NCBI GenBank assembly: GCA_965207225.1
Contig: CBDBLV010000004.1
Coordinates: 608,001-672,000, forward strand
Length of the DNA stretch: 64,000 bases
Source of the DNA: Dehalococcoidia bacterium
Lineage (GTDB): Bacteria > Chloroflexota > Dehalococcoidia > Plut-88900
Direction of reading: 5' to 3'
Shown: piece after piece, positions 9,379-18,305 of the stretch
Numbering within the stretch: the stretch's first letter is position 1
Layout of the letters: every line of letters begins with the position of its first letter
The notes under the pieces: model-generated
Database searches by the model: none
The model's input: only the letters and a program-made list of their open reading frames with translations
What the model was told of the DNA's origin: nothing
Translations under genes and position numbers: made by a program

Positions 9379-10257
9379 GTGGCATTCGGCCGATTTAGCG
9401 TTTTTCGATTGCTCAGGTTCGCGCTGGCGATAGTAGCCCTATTGGTGTTGGGCGCTTGCGTACTTGACGCTACCCCCACAACAGAGGCCACCCCACCATC
9501 ACCTACCTCAACGCTGCCAATCCCAACCAGCACACCACTGCCTACAACATCCGAATTATCTTCCCCGACGCCTGAATACAATCGTGATGAATGGGGTGGG
9601 TGGATCGATGCCGATGGAGACTGCCAGGACACACGGGCGGAGATTCTTATCGAAGAAAGCCAGGTAGATGTTGTTCTGGATGGGTGTCGGGTGGTGGAGG
9701 GAGAGTGGCTTGATCCGTGGGGCGGGCAGACATACAACTCCGCAGGTGACGTTGATATCGACCATCATGTGCCACTGGCCCATGCGCACGAGACAGGCGG
9801 GGCAGGGTGGGATGAGGAACGCAAGGTGGAGTTCGCCAACGATCCCGAGAATCTCAATGCGATGTCGTCATCGCTCAACCGGAGCAAGGGGGCCAAGGGG
9901 CCGGATGAGTGGCAGCCCCCCGAGGAATCCTCACATTGTGAATATGCGAGGCAGTGGGAGGCGGTGAAGAAGAAATATCAACTGGAGGTCGACCGGGAGG
10001 AACGACGGGCGCTGGATGAGATGCTGTCTACATGCGACCTGGCGTTGCCGACACCGACGTCGCCTTCGAGATACCTGCCCGTTCAACCCAGCCCTACGCC
10101 TTACACTACGGGGAGGGTGTACGATAGCTGTGAAGATGCGGAGGACGCCGGGGAGCTGCGTATCAAGGGGAGCAAAGGAGACAGTCGGGGGTTTCCGAAG
10201 GAGATGGTGCCGAGTAAACGAGACCAGGACAATGACGGGGTGGTGTGTGAAGAATGA
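9379..10257 (+). CDS. Lipoprotein HNH nuclease (DUF1524-like) with C-terminal Excalibur Ca-binding domain
   Basis: Lipobox LVLGAC, Pro/Thr linker, DIDHHVPL...NL.A.S.S.NRSKG..GP.EW.P, C-terminal YDSC..A...RDQDNDGVVCE. Confidence 0.8.
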   Translation: MAFGRFSVFRLLRFALAIVALLVLGACVLDATPTTEATPPSPTSTLPIPTSTPLPTTSELSSPTPEYNRDEWGGWIDADGDCQDTRAEILIEESQVDVVLDGCRVVEGEWLDPWGGQTYNSAGDVDIDHHVPLAHAHETGGAGWDEERKVEFANDPENLNAMSSSLNRSKGAKGPDEWQPPEESSHCEYARQWEAVKKKYQLEVDREERRALDEMLSTCDLALPTPTSPSRYLPVQPSPTPYTTGRVYDSCEDAEDAGELRIKGSKGDSRGFPKEMVPSKRDQDNDGVVCEE

Positions 10258-10270
10258 TCCGCATCGGATA

Positions 10271-10299
10271 TTGACGATAACATACCATGTTCTTAACAT
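10271..10299 (+). promoter_or_regulatory. sigma70-like promoter
   Basis: TTGACG-N17-TAACAT; the spacer contains the inverted repeat AACAT-ACC-ATGTT. Confidence 0.55.
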
Positions 10300-10351
10300 A
10301 GCCAGTTAGAGAAGACACGCAATGGCCTCGGGCCTTATCCAGGAGGACTTG

Positions 10352-11512
10352 ATGGAATACAACGTAATCACTGCCGACACCCACATGGACGTCACCTGGC
10401 TGCCGGGTGACATGTTCGTAAAGGGCGCTCCCGCCGCTCTGAAAGACAAGATGCCCTACGTCAGCCAGAACAACGGCAAGGCCCAGTGGGAGATTGAAGG
10501 AGAGTTCATGTGCTGGGTCGGGGGCGGGGGGCTAACGGGAGCGTTTGGTGACTACGTGCCGGGGGAATCCAAACACCTGGACCGGATGGCTGAAGTAGGC
10601 TTCTTTTCGGGGATCAAGGACGGTATATATCACCCGTCGGACCCCGACCTCCGGGTGGGCGACCTGGACATCGACGGCATGGATGCCGAGGTTATCTACG
10701 GCATTCTGGGCATAGGTGGGGGCGGGTTCTCGGGGCCCGGGTTCAAGGACCCGGAAGTGACGGCTACGATTTACGACGTATACAACGAATGGATCGCCGA
10801 GTTCACGGGGTCGAACCCGAGCCGGATGAAGGGGCTGGCATGCCTGGCGAGCCACGATCCTGAGAGGGCAGCGAGACAGCTACGAAGGGCCGGTGAGCTT
10901 GGTCTGCGGGGTGCCGAAATCAACGTTGGGACGATGTCCAAGCCCGTTTATCACAAGGCGTGGGACCCCCTGTGGGAGACTGCGGCCGAATACCAAATGC
11001 CCATTTCATTCCACACTCTCGGGGTGCCCCACAGAAAGCCGGACCCCGAGGATGAAGAGACATACCACTGGCTCGAAGTTACGTTGGGATACACCCTGTT
11101 CCAGCTCTCGGGGGCGGAGTTCCTGGTTAGCGTCGTATTGTCGGGGGCTTGCGAGAGGAACCCGAACTTCAACTTTGTCCTGGGCGAGTGCGGCATTGGT
11201 TGGATCCCATACGTGGTTGAGCGAGTAGACGAGGAATACGACGACCGGGGCTTCCACATGGGATACTCCATGAAGCCGAGTGAGTACTGGAGACGCCAAG
11301 GCTATTCCACGTTCCAGAACGAGTACGTCTCCGTCGACCAGATCGAGCGGATCGGGCTGGACAACATCATGTGGGGCAACGACTATCCGCACCCCGACGG
11401 TGTGTTCCCCGACTCCAAGAGGGCGATCGAAGAGGGTCTCGGGCACTTGCCGGCAGACATCCGAAAGAAGATAGTCTGCGACAACGCGATCAAAGCCTAC
11501 AGGTTCAACTAG
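10352..11512 (+). CDS. Amidohydrolase family protein (Amidohydro_2)
   Basis: TADTH, ISFH, FVLGECGIGW, WGNDYPH; ATG follows AGGAGG. Confidence 0.9.
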   Translation: MEYNVITADTHMDVTWLPGDMFVKGAPAALKDKMPYVSQNNGKAQWEIEGEFMCWVGGGGLTGAFGDYVPGESKHLDRMAEVGFFSGIKDGIYHPSDPDLRVGDLDIDGMDAEVIYGILGIGGGGFSGPGFKDPEVTATIYDVYNEWIAEFTGSNPSRMKGLACLASHDPERAARQLRRAGELGLRGAEINVGTMSKPVYHKAWDPLWETAAEYQMPISFHTLGVPHRKPDPEDEETYHWLEVTLGYTLFQLSGAEFLVSVVLSGACERNPNFNFVLGECGIGWIPYVVERVDEEYDDRGFHMGYSMKPSEYWRRQGYSTFQNEYVSVDQIERIGLDNIMWGNDYPHPDGVFPDSKRAIEEGLGHLPADIRKKIVCDNAIKAYRFN

Positions 11513-11536
11513 GCCAGGTCTCGGGAGTGGGGCCTG

Positions 11537-11866
11537 ATGGCCTACGACGAATGCCTGGCCGAGAGAGTCCGCCGGGAGTTTGCTGCCTTGGAAGGGGTGT
11601 CGGAGAGGCGGATGTTCAGTGGGCTGTGCTTCATGCTGCACGGGAACATGGCCCTGGGGATCTACAAGGACCGGCTGATGGTGAGGGTCGGGCCCGACGG
11701 TTACGAAGCTGCGCTACAAAAGCCCCACGCCCGACCCATGGACATGACGGGTCGGCCAATGAAGGGGTTCGTGGTCGTGCCGCCGGAAGGTATGTCGACG
11801 CCCGATACATTAAAGGACTGGGTAAGCCAGGGTGTAGACTACTCCTTGAGCCTGCCTCCCAAGTAA
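11537..11866 (+). CDS. TfoX/Sxy N-terminal domain protein
   Basis: MAYDE.LAERVR, ERRMFSGLCFM..GNM, MDMTGRPMKGFV.V, SLPPK. Confidence 0.85.
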   Translation: MAYDECLAERVRREFAALEGVSERRMFSGLCFMLHGNMALGIYKDRLMVRVGPDGYEAALQKPHARPMDMTGRPMKGFVVVPPEGMSTPDTLKDWVSQGVDYSLSLPPK

Positions 11867-11902
11867 AATGCATTCGGCACTTTGGAAAGGACGGGACCTA
11901 AC

Positions 11903-13045
11903 GTGGAATACAAAGTAATCTCTGCTGACACGCACCTTGACCTCACTTGGCTGCCCGGAGACATGTTCGTAGGGGCTGCGCCGGAACATTTGAAGTCGCA
12001 GATGCCCTATATCACGGACACGGACAGCGGGAAGAGGTGGATCGTGGAGGAGGAAGATATCGCACGCGCTGGGGGATTTATCGGCTATACGCCCGGCCAT
12101 TCGAAGCACATGGACCGGATGGCCGAGGTCGGGTTCTACGATGGGGTTGGGGAGGGTGTATACCACCCGGCGATAGCTGACCTGCGGGTGAAAGACCAGG
12201 ACATTGACGGCGTGGACGCGGAGGTAATATACGGGATATTGGGGATAGCCGGTGGAGGATTTTCGGGGCCCGGGTTCCGGAACCCGGATGTGACCACAGC
12301 AATCTATGACATCTACAACGAGTGGGTGAGTGAGTTTGTGAAGGCTAACCCCGGCCGGCTCGGCGCCCTGGGGTGCGTTATTAGCCACGACCCCCAGGTT
12401 GCGTCCAAGCAGTTACGGAAGGCGGCGGAGATGGGGCTCAAAGGTGCGGAGATCAACGTGGCCAAGATGAGCGCACCGATGTACCAGAAGGAATGGGACG
12501 TGCTATGGGCCGTTGCGGATGAGTGCGACATGCCCATATCTTTCCATACGCTCGGGATTCCGACGCGGAAACCGGAAGGAGAATCGGCGGACGAATACGA
12601 TGTAGCATACGACGGGGTTAGGGAGTGCCTGTTCCAATTGTCGGGGGCGGAATTCCTGGTGAGCGCCGTTTATTCGGGGGCTTGCATGCGCTACCCCAAC
12701 TTCCAGTTCGTGCTCGGAGAGTGTGGGATCGGGTGGATTCCTTACGTAATCGAACGAATGGATGCCGAATACGAAGACCGTTACCATCCGATCGGGCTGG
12801 AAATGAAACCCACGGCCTACTGGCGTCGACAAGGCTTCTCCACATTCCAGAACGAGTACGTATCGCAGGACCAGGTGGAAAGGATAGGGGCGGAGTGCAT
12901 CATGTGGGGCTCCGACTACCCGCACCGGGACGGCGTTTTCCCGGACTCCCGCAAGGTGATAAGCGAGGGCATGGGACACCTGGATGAGGCAGTGGTCAAC
13001 CAGATTATTTGCGGCAACGCCGCCCGTCTCTACAACTTCAACTGA
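11903..13045 (+). CDS. Amidohydrolase family protein (Amidohydro_2)
   Basis: SADTH, ISFH, FVLGECGIGW, WGSDYPH; GTG start chosen by alignment with paralogs (xEYKVIS). Confidence 0.9.
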   Translation: MEYKVISADTHLDLTWLPGDMFVGAAPEHLKSQMPYITDTDSGKRWIVEEEDIARAGGFIGYTPGHSKHMDRMAEVGFYDGVGEGVYHPAIADLRVKDQDIDGVDAEVIYGILGIAGGGFSGPGFRNPDVTTAIYDIYNEWVSEFVKANPGRLGALGCVISHDPQVASKQLRKAAEMGLKGAEINVAKMSAPMYQKEWDVLWAVADECDMPISFHTLGIPTRKPEGESADEYDVAYDGVRECLFQLSGAEFLVSAVYSGACMRYPNFQFVLGECGIGWIPYVIERMDAEYEDRYHPIGLEMKPTAYWRRQGFSTFQNEYVSQDQVERIGAECIMWGSDYPHRDGVFPDSRKVISEGMGHLDEAVVNQIICGNAARLYNFN

Positions 13046-13097
13046 TCTGACTGCGCGTAGGGCTGAACGGAAAGCCGGATAAGGTCGGGAGGAGCGC

Positions 13098-14084
13098 ATG
13101 GTCGTTATGGACCGGTTCAGCGTTTTCGCCTTTGCCCTGGGCGACCCGCCCCCCGCTGCCTTGGAGTTGATCTCAGCGGCCCGACGTGCCGATGCACTCG
13201 GCTTCCACTCAATCTCTTTGCCCCACCATCTCACGTTGCCTGCGGCCCAGGTATACACGGGATTTCCGCGTCGGGACATCCTGGACCCATTGGCGCTTCT
13301 GCCCGCCATGGCTGCGGTGACGGAGAATATCAAGGTGGGTACGAACTCGGCGATTGTGCCGGTGTTGGCGCCCTATGTGTGGGCGAGGTACTTCGCGACG
13401 CTGGACGTGATGTCGGGTGGTCGGGCGCTGGCGGGGATGGCGATGGGGTGGTTTGAGAAGGACTTTGCGGCGGCGAAGGCGGACATCAAGAGAAGGGGCC
13501 GGCATTTCGACGAGGCTCTCGGTCTTATTCGTAGACTCTGGACCGAGTCCTCTGTGAGTCACAGTGGTGAGACCTGCGAGCTGACGGAAATGGAGCTGGA
13601 GCCCAAGCCTGTGCAGAAGCCCCATCCTCCAATCTGGATTGGGGGGCACACGGCATCTATTGAAAGAACTTCGAGGCACGCTCAATACCTGTTGCCCGCC
13701 AACCTGCAGGTGGAAGAGGTCAGGGACGTTTACTTGCCTCGCCTGGAAGAGGCGAATGCGAAATTCGGGACAAATGCTGGCATATGCCTGAGCGTTCGGG
13801 TGAACGTGGGGGACAGTCGGGGCCCGGACCCCGAGATGCTGCCGCGCATTGCGCGGCTTGTGAACTCACGTCGCCGGCCGGTGAACAACATCCACAAGAT
13901 ATCCATAGCAGGCTCGCCAAGACATTGTGCTGAGAGGATAGAAAAGTACGTGGATGCGGGTATTTCACATTTTCTCCTGGACTTCCAGTATCACGGGCTA
14001 ACCAGTGTGGAATACTCTATAGGACAGATGGAGAGATTTGTGTCGGAAGTCGTGCCTCTGCTAGATGGGAAAATCCTTGAGTAA
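13098..14084 (+). CDS. LLM-class (probably F420-dependent) oxidoreductase
   Basis: ADALGFHSI..HH, LDP..LL..AAVT, ATLDVMSGGR, PKPVQKPHPPIWIGG. Confidence 0.85.
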   Translation: MVVMDRFSVFAFALGDPPPAALELISAARRADALGFHSISLPHHLTLPAAQVYTGFPRRDILDPLALLPAMAAVTENIKVGTNSAIVPVLAPYVWARYFATLDVMSGGRALAGMAMGWFEKDFAAAKADIKRRGRHFDEALGLIRRLWTESSVSHSGETCELTEMELEPKPVQKPHPPIWIGGHTASIERTSRHAQYLLPANLQVEEVRDVYLPRLEEANAKFGTNAGICLSVRVNVGDSRGPDPEMLPRIARLVNSRRRPVNNIHKISIAGSPRHCAERIEKYVDAGISHFLLDFQYHGLTSVEYSIGQMERFVSEVVPLLDGKILE

Positions 14085-14100
14085 ATCGTACTTTTGTTTC

Positions 14101-14129
14101 TTGACCCCATGTTTCGCAAGGAATAATGT
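14101..14129 (+). promoter_or_regulatory. sigma70-like promoter about 300 nt upstream of the LLM gene
   Basis: TTGACC-N17-TAATGT; inverted repeat GGAA-TAATG-TTCC overlaps the -10. Confidence 0.55.
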
Positions 14130-14135
14130 TCCACC

Positions 14136-14417
14136 CACAAACAGAGCAGCTTAGTTAGTAGTTTCCTCCGGGGAAACGCAGGCGAATAGAGCAATGGCCA
14201 TAGGCCCCTTCAACTGCAGGCTCCAAAGCAGCCATGTACCCGCATCATGGTGGGCCAAGTGGGGAGTCGCGCCACCCCGAACCCTAGCTCTGTACTGACA
14301 GACCCGCGCCCCTGACTAATCTCCAAAGACCGCGAAGGTTCGGCTCTTTCCTCGTACCGCATGGAGGTTAGCGAGCATACTGCTATCGGGTCCCGGGTCT
14401 CCGACTCGACCTTTTAT
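14136..14417 (+). ncRNA. Candidate structured 5' leader or attenuator
   Basis: Several helices, some mutually exclusive, plus a hairpin and T-run just before the RBS (see findings). Confidence 0.4.
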
Positions 14418-14434
14418 TGAGCAAGGGAGACACT

Positions 14435-15676
14435 ATGAAGTTTCAACTTTTTGTATTGCCTACCATTCCGGGCATCCTGACGGAGGGTGAAAAGCTCCGT
14501 CCCATTGCCCGGAACAACGACAAGTTCCAGGAGATGCTGGAGCAGGTGAGGCAGATCTGCGTCCTGGGCGACGAGCTCGGGTTTGACTGCTTCTCCACAA
14601 CGGAGCACCACTTCCACTCTGAGGGTTACGAGTGCTCGGTGGCGCCGCTGGTGCTGTATTCCAACCTGGCGGCCCAGACCAAGAGGATCAAGTTCGGGCC
14701 GCTGGGGCTGGTGCTGCCGTCCTGGGACCCGATCCGGTGCGCCGAGGAGATAGCGATGCTGGACCATCTGACCAAGGGTCGGGTGATTGCAGGCTTTGCC
14801 CGGGGCTACCAGGACAGGTGGGTGAACGTGATGGGGCAGCAGTACAAGGCGATAGCCGCCCAGTCCGACCAGAGCGCGGGCGACTCCCACAACCGGGAGA
14901 TCTTCCAGGAGATCTTCAACATCATCAAGGGCGCCTGGACGGAAGACGCCTTTTCCTACAAGGGCAAGTACTACGAAGTCCCTTACCCCTACGAGGAAGG
15001 AATCAAAAACTGGCCGGCACAGAAGTGGACAGGCAAGAACGGCGCTCCAGGAGAGCTGGATGAAGAGGGCACCATCCGCAAGGTCTGCGTGGTGCCGAAG
15101 CCCTACCAGCAACCCCACCCCCCGATCTTCAATGCCTTTTCGGTCAGCGAGAACACGGTGAAGTGGGCTGCCGAAAACGGCACGATTCCCCACATCCAGA
15201 TATCTCTACCGGAGTCATTCAACCGGCTCTGCCACGTCTACCAGGACGTAGCGCGAGAGCATGGTAGAGATCTGAAGCTGGGGGAGAGCGTCGGGGCTTC
15301 GCGGGTTGTGTATACGGGCAAGACCTACGAAGAAGCATACGCCCTAGCCGAAGAAACCCTGGGCTGGAGCTACGCCGTCTACTACGACCAGTTCGGGTTT
15401 GCGGAAGGCTTCCGGTATCCGGGCGAAGATACCCCGAGACCCCTCCGGTTCCCCAGCAAGGCCGCGGCTACCGAGCGGCTAGTGGACCAGGGTTACGGGA
15501 TAGTCGGAACGGTAGACCAGGTGAAGTACAAGCTGGAAGACCTTCAGCGCTGCCACGAGGATGGGGACCTGGAATGGTTCGGGTTCCTAGTAGATCAGGG
15601 GATGTACCCGCTGGAGGAGGCGCTGGAGCAAGTGCACACGTTTGGGTCGAAGATCATGCCGGAGTTTCAGGGTTAG
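14435..15676 (+). CDS. LLM-class flavin-dependent oxidoreductase (luciferase-like)
   Basis: TEHHFHSEG, WDPIR.AEE.A.LDHLTKGR, PKPYQQPHPP; close paralog of 49458-50702. Confidence 0.9.
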   Translation: MKFQLFVLPTIPGILTEGEKLRPIARNNDKFQEMLEQVRQICVLGDELGFDCFSTTEHHFHSEGYECSVAPLVLYSNLAAQTKRIKFGPLGLVLPSWDPIRCAEEIAMLDHLTKGRVIAGFARGYQDRWVNVMGQQYKAIAAQSDQSAGDSHNREIFQEIFNIIKGAWTEDAFSYKGKYYEVPYPYEEGIKNWPAQKWTGKNGAPGELDEEGTIRKVCVVPKPYQQPHPPIFNAFSVSENTVKWAAENGTIPHIQISLPESFNRLCHVYQDVAREHGRDLKLGESVGASRVVYTGKTYEEAYALAEETLGWSYAVYYDQFGFAEGFRYPGEDTPRPLRFPSKAAATERLVDQGYGIVGTVDQVKYKLEDLQRCHEDGDLEWFGFLVDQGMYPLEEALEQVHTFGSKIMPEFQG

Positions 15677-15690
15677 GAAAAAGTAGCCGA

Positions 15691-15721
15691 GGGCGGGCGG
15701 CGCTGGATGCGCCGCCCGCCC
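15691..15721 (+). other. Strong intercistronic hairpin without a U-tract
   Basis: GGGCGGGCGGCGC-TGGAT-GCGCCGCCCGCCC, 13-bp stem. Confidence 0.6.
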
Positions 15722-15744
15722 CGGGCACAGGAGGCATAAAGGCC

Positions 15745-16850
15745 ATGACCTCTACGGCAACGCGAACCTCGGCGCCTATTTGGAGAACCCTGCCCAGCCG
15801 ATATTACTGGGCAGAGGACATCTACGAACTGGAGAGGGAACGGATCTTCTACGATGCGTGGCTATATGTGGGTCGGGTGCAGTCGATCCCGAATCCCGGG
15901 GACTTCATAACGCAGGATATAGTGGATGAAAGCGTCATAGTTGTCAGAGACAAGAAGGGGTCCATCAACGCCTTCTCCAACGTGTGCCGGCACCGGGGGA
16001 ACAAGCTGTGCAGCGCGGCATCGGGGAAGTTCCGGGGGAGTGCAATCCCCTGTGGCTACCACGGCTGGACCTACGACCTTGAAGGAAAGCTGATTGCCAC
16101 CCCGAACATGATAGGTACGGAGGGGTTCCAAAAGGAAGACTTTCCCTTTATCCGGTGTCCCTTCACGTTTGGATGGGTTGCATTTTCGTGAATCTCTCTG
16201 CTGATCCCGAGCCATTTGACCCGGGAGTAGGGCCCCTGGAGGAGGTAATAGAGAGGTACAACCTGGCGAACCTGGCCGTTGTAGAGCGGAGGGAATATCA
16301 CCTGGATGCGAATTGGAAGATAGTCCAGGAGAACAACGTGGAATGCTATCACTGTCCTTCGATTCATCCCGAGCTATGCGCCATCCAACCGAATGTGAGG
16401 CGAGGGAATATCGGTGCGTCCAACAAGGACGGCAACCCGCTCATCGAGGGCGGCAACTCCTTCACCCTGGACGCGACGACGAAAAGGCCTCTAATCAGCA
16501 CCATAACGTCGGCGGACAAGGGTCGGTTCCGAAGCACACCGATGTGGCCCGGCTTCTTTATGGGATTCCTGCCTGACCACGTCTTTTTCTTCAACGTCTG
16601 GCCGACCAGTGTAGAGAAGAGCACGGTTGTGATGGAGTGGCTGTTTGAGCCTTCCGCGATTGCTCTACCGGACTTCGACCCGAGTGATACGGTGAGCTTC
16701 CTGGACACGGTCCTCAAGCAGGACTTCGATATCTGCCACGAGGTGCAGAAGGGGATCAAGGCCCGGGCGCACAAGCAGGGGATCTACGCCCCTAACGAGT
16801 TCCTGCCCTACGATTTCAATGAGTGGGTGAAGGCAAGAGTAGAGCGTTGA
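15745..16850 (+). pseudogene. Rieske oxygenase alpha subunit (choline/betaine monooxygenase-like), frameshifted near 16145
   Basis: Rieske CRHRG...CGYHGW lies in one frame and NWK...ENNVECYHC..IHP in another. Compared with the paralog (FPLYPV), one base is missing in TTTCCCTTTATCCG. Confidence 0.8.
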
Positions 16851-16914
16851 TGCTCGGACTCACCTTGCAGCAAAAAAGGTGGGGGCAATTCCGGCCAATG
16901 GAGGCACAAAGCCT

Positions 16915-18021
16915 ATGACTCTCACGGCGACTCAGACGGCGGGTGATGTCTGGACAACGCTTCCCAGCCGCTACTACTGGTCGGAGGAGATATTCGCTCT
17001 GGAAAAGGAGCGGATTTTCTATGATACGTGGCTGTATGTCGGGCGGGTGCAGTTGGTCCCGAACCCCGGGGACTTCATCACGCAGGACATTGTGGACGAG
17101 AGTGTGATCGTGGTCCGGGACAAGCAGGGATTTATTACCGCCTTCTCCAACGTATGCCGACACCGGGGAAACAAGCTGTGCAGTGTCGCATCGGGGAAGT
17201 TCCGGGGAAGCGCCATCCCCTGTGGCTACCACGGCTGGACATACGACCTTGAAGGAAAGCTGATTGCCACTCCAAACATGATCGGGACGGAGGGCTTCCA
17301 CAAAGAGGACTTTCCACTCTATCCGGTCGCCATTCACGTTTGGAAGGGGTGCATTTTCGCCAATCTGTCCTCTAACCCCGAGCCCTTTGACCCGGGGATC
17401 GGGGCGGTGGGGGAGAAGATAGACAGGTACAACCTGGAGAACCTGGCGGTCGGGGCACGCAGGGAGTACATCCTGGATGCCAACTGGAAGATAGTCAACG
17501 AAAACAACATTGAGTGCTATCACTGCCCTTCTATCCACCCTGAACTGTGTGCCATCCAGCCCAACATTAGGAAAGGGATGATCGGGTCTTCAAGCAGTGA
17601 CGGCAATCCGTTAATTGAGGGCGGCAACTCGTTCACGCCAGACGCCACGACCAGGAGACCTCTGATAAGCACGATAAAGCCGGAAGACGAGGGTCGATTC
17701 CGCAGCACCCCGATCTGGCCGTGCTTCTTCTTGGGGTTGCTGCCGGACAGCGTATTTGTCTTCAACGTCTGGCCAATAGCAGAAGAGAAGAGCAAGGTTA
17801 CGGTTGAGTGGCTGTTCGAGCCTTCAACGATAGCTATGCCGGACTTCGACCCGAGCGACACGGTGGACTTCGGGGACAACGTGCTCAGGCAGGACTTCTC
17901 GGTGTGCCACTCGGTGCAGAAAGGGATCAGATCCCGGGCGCACAGGAACGGAGTCTATACGCCCAACGAGTTCCTCCTCCGCGAATTCAACGAATGGATC
18001 AGGGCGAGGGTGGAGGGGTAG
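16915..18021 (+). CDS. Rieske oxygenase alpha subunit (GbcA/choline monooxygenase-like)
   Basis: CRHRG...CGYHGW, NWKIVNENNIECYHCPSIHPEL, QD..VC..VQKG; ATG behind GGAGG. Confidence 0.9.
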   Translation: MTLTATQTAGDVWTTLPSRYYWSEEIFALEKERIFYDTWLYVGRVQLVPNPGDFITQDIVDESVIVVRDKQGFITAFSNVCRHRGNKLCSVASGKFRGSAIPCGYHGWTYDLEGKLIATPNMIGTEGFHKEDFPLYPVAIHVWKGCIFANLSSNPEPFDPGIGAVGEKIDRYNLENLAVGARREYILDANWKIVNENNIECYHCPSIHPELCAIQPNIRKGMIGSSSSDGNPLIEGGNSFTPDATTRRPLISTIKPEDEGRFRSTPIWPCFFLGLLPDSVFVFNVWPIAEEKSKVTVEWLFEPSTIAMPDFDPSDTVDFGDNVLRQDFSVCHSVQKGIRSRAHRNGVYTPNEFLLREFNEWIRARVEG

Positions 18022-18045
18022 GTCGTCAAGGCTGGCTCGAAGAGT

Positions 18046-18223
18046 TTCACCCACCCGGCGGCTCGCCTTGCGGGAGCTTATCTACGAAGCAGTGCCCGTC
18101 CTGAATACGAAGGGCCAGTGGGCCAATGGCATGTGAGCAGACAGGACGATAAACGAGTCCACACGCCCCGACGTTGCAACCAACATGATGGTCTTGGGTG
18201 CGTCAAGCCGACGGGTGGGTGAA
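18046..18223. repeat. 178-bp element bounded by 18-bp imperfect inverted repeats (MITE-like or structured RNA)
   Basis: TTCACCCACCCGGCGGCT / AGCCGACGGGTGGGTGAA (17 of 18 complementary); internal stem CGTCCTG/CAGGACG. Confidence 0.55.
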
Positions 18224-18305
18224 TTTGCCTCGCTCGGATCCACTATCCCGAACAAACTTCTCGGTGAAATTACCTGCCTGCTAGTGTGCAATCGGAGGTC
18301 AGACC

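Noticed and set aside
14160-14310. Cobalamin riboswitch (GGCCCCTTCAACTG and AGACCCGC resemble B12 elements)
   Set aside because: It lacks the GGGAA-GGTG-AATCC core, GCCACTG and GGGAAG boxes in the proper order.
16135-16160. Programmed -1 frameshift at CCCTTTA in Rieske copy 1
   Set aside because: The heptamer is not in X_XXY_YYZ phase with the upstream frame (TTT CCC TTT ATC), and the paralog is continuous. A deletion or sequencing error is simpler.
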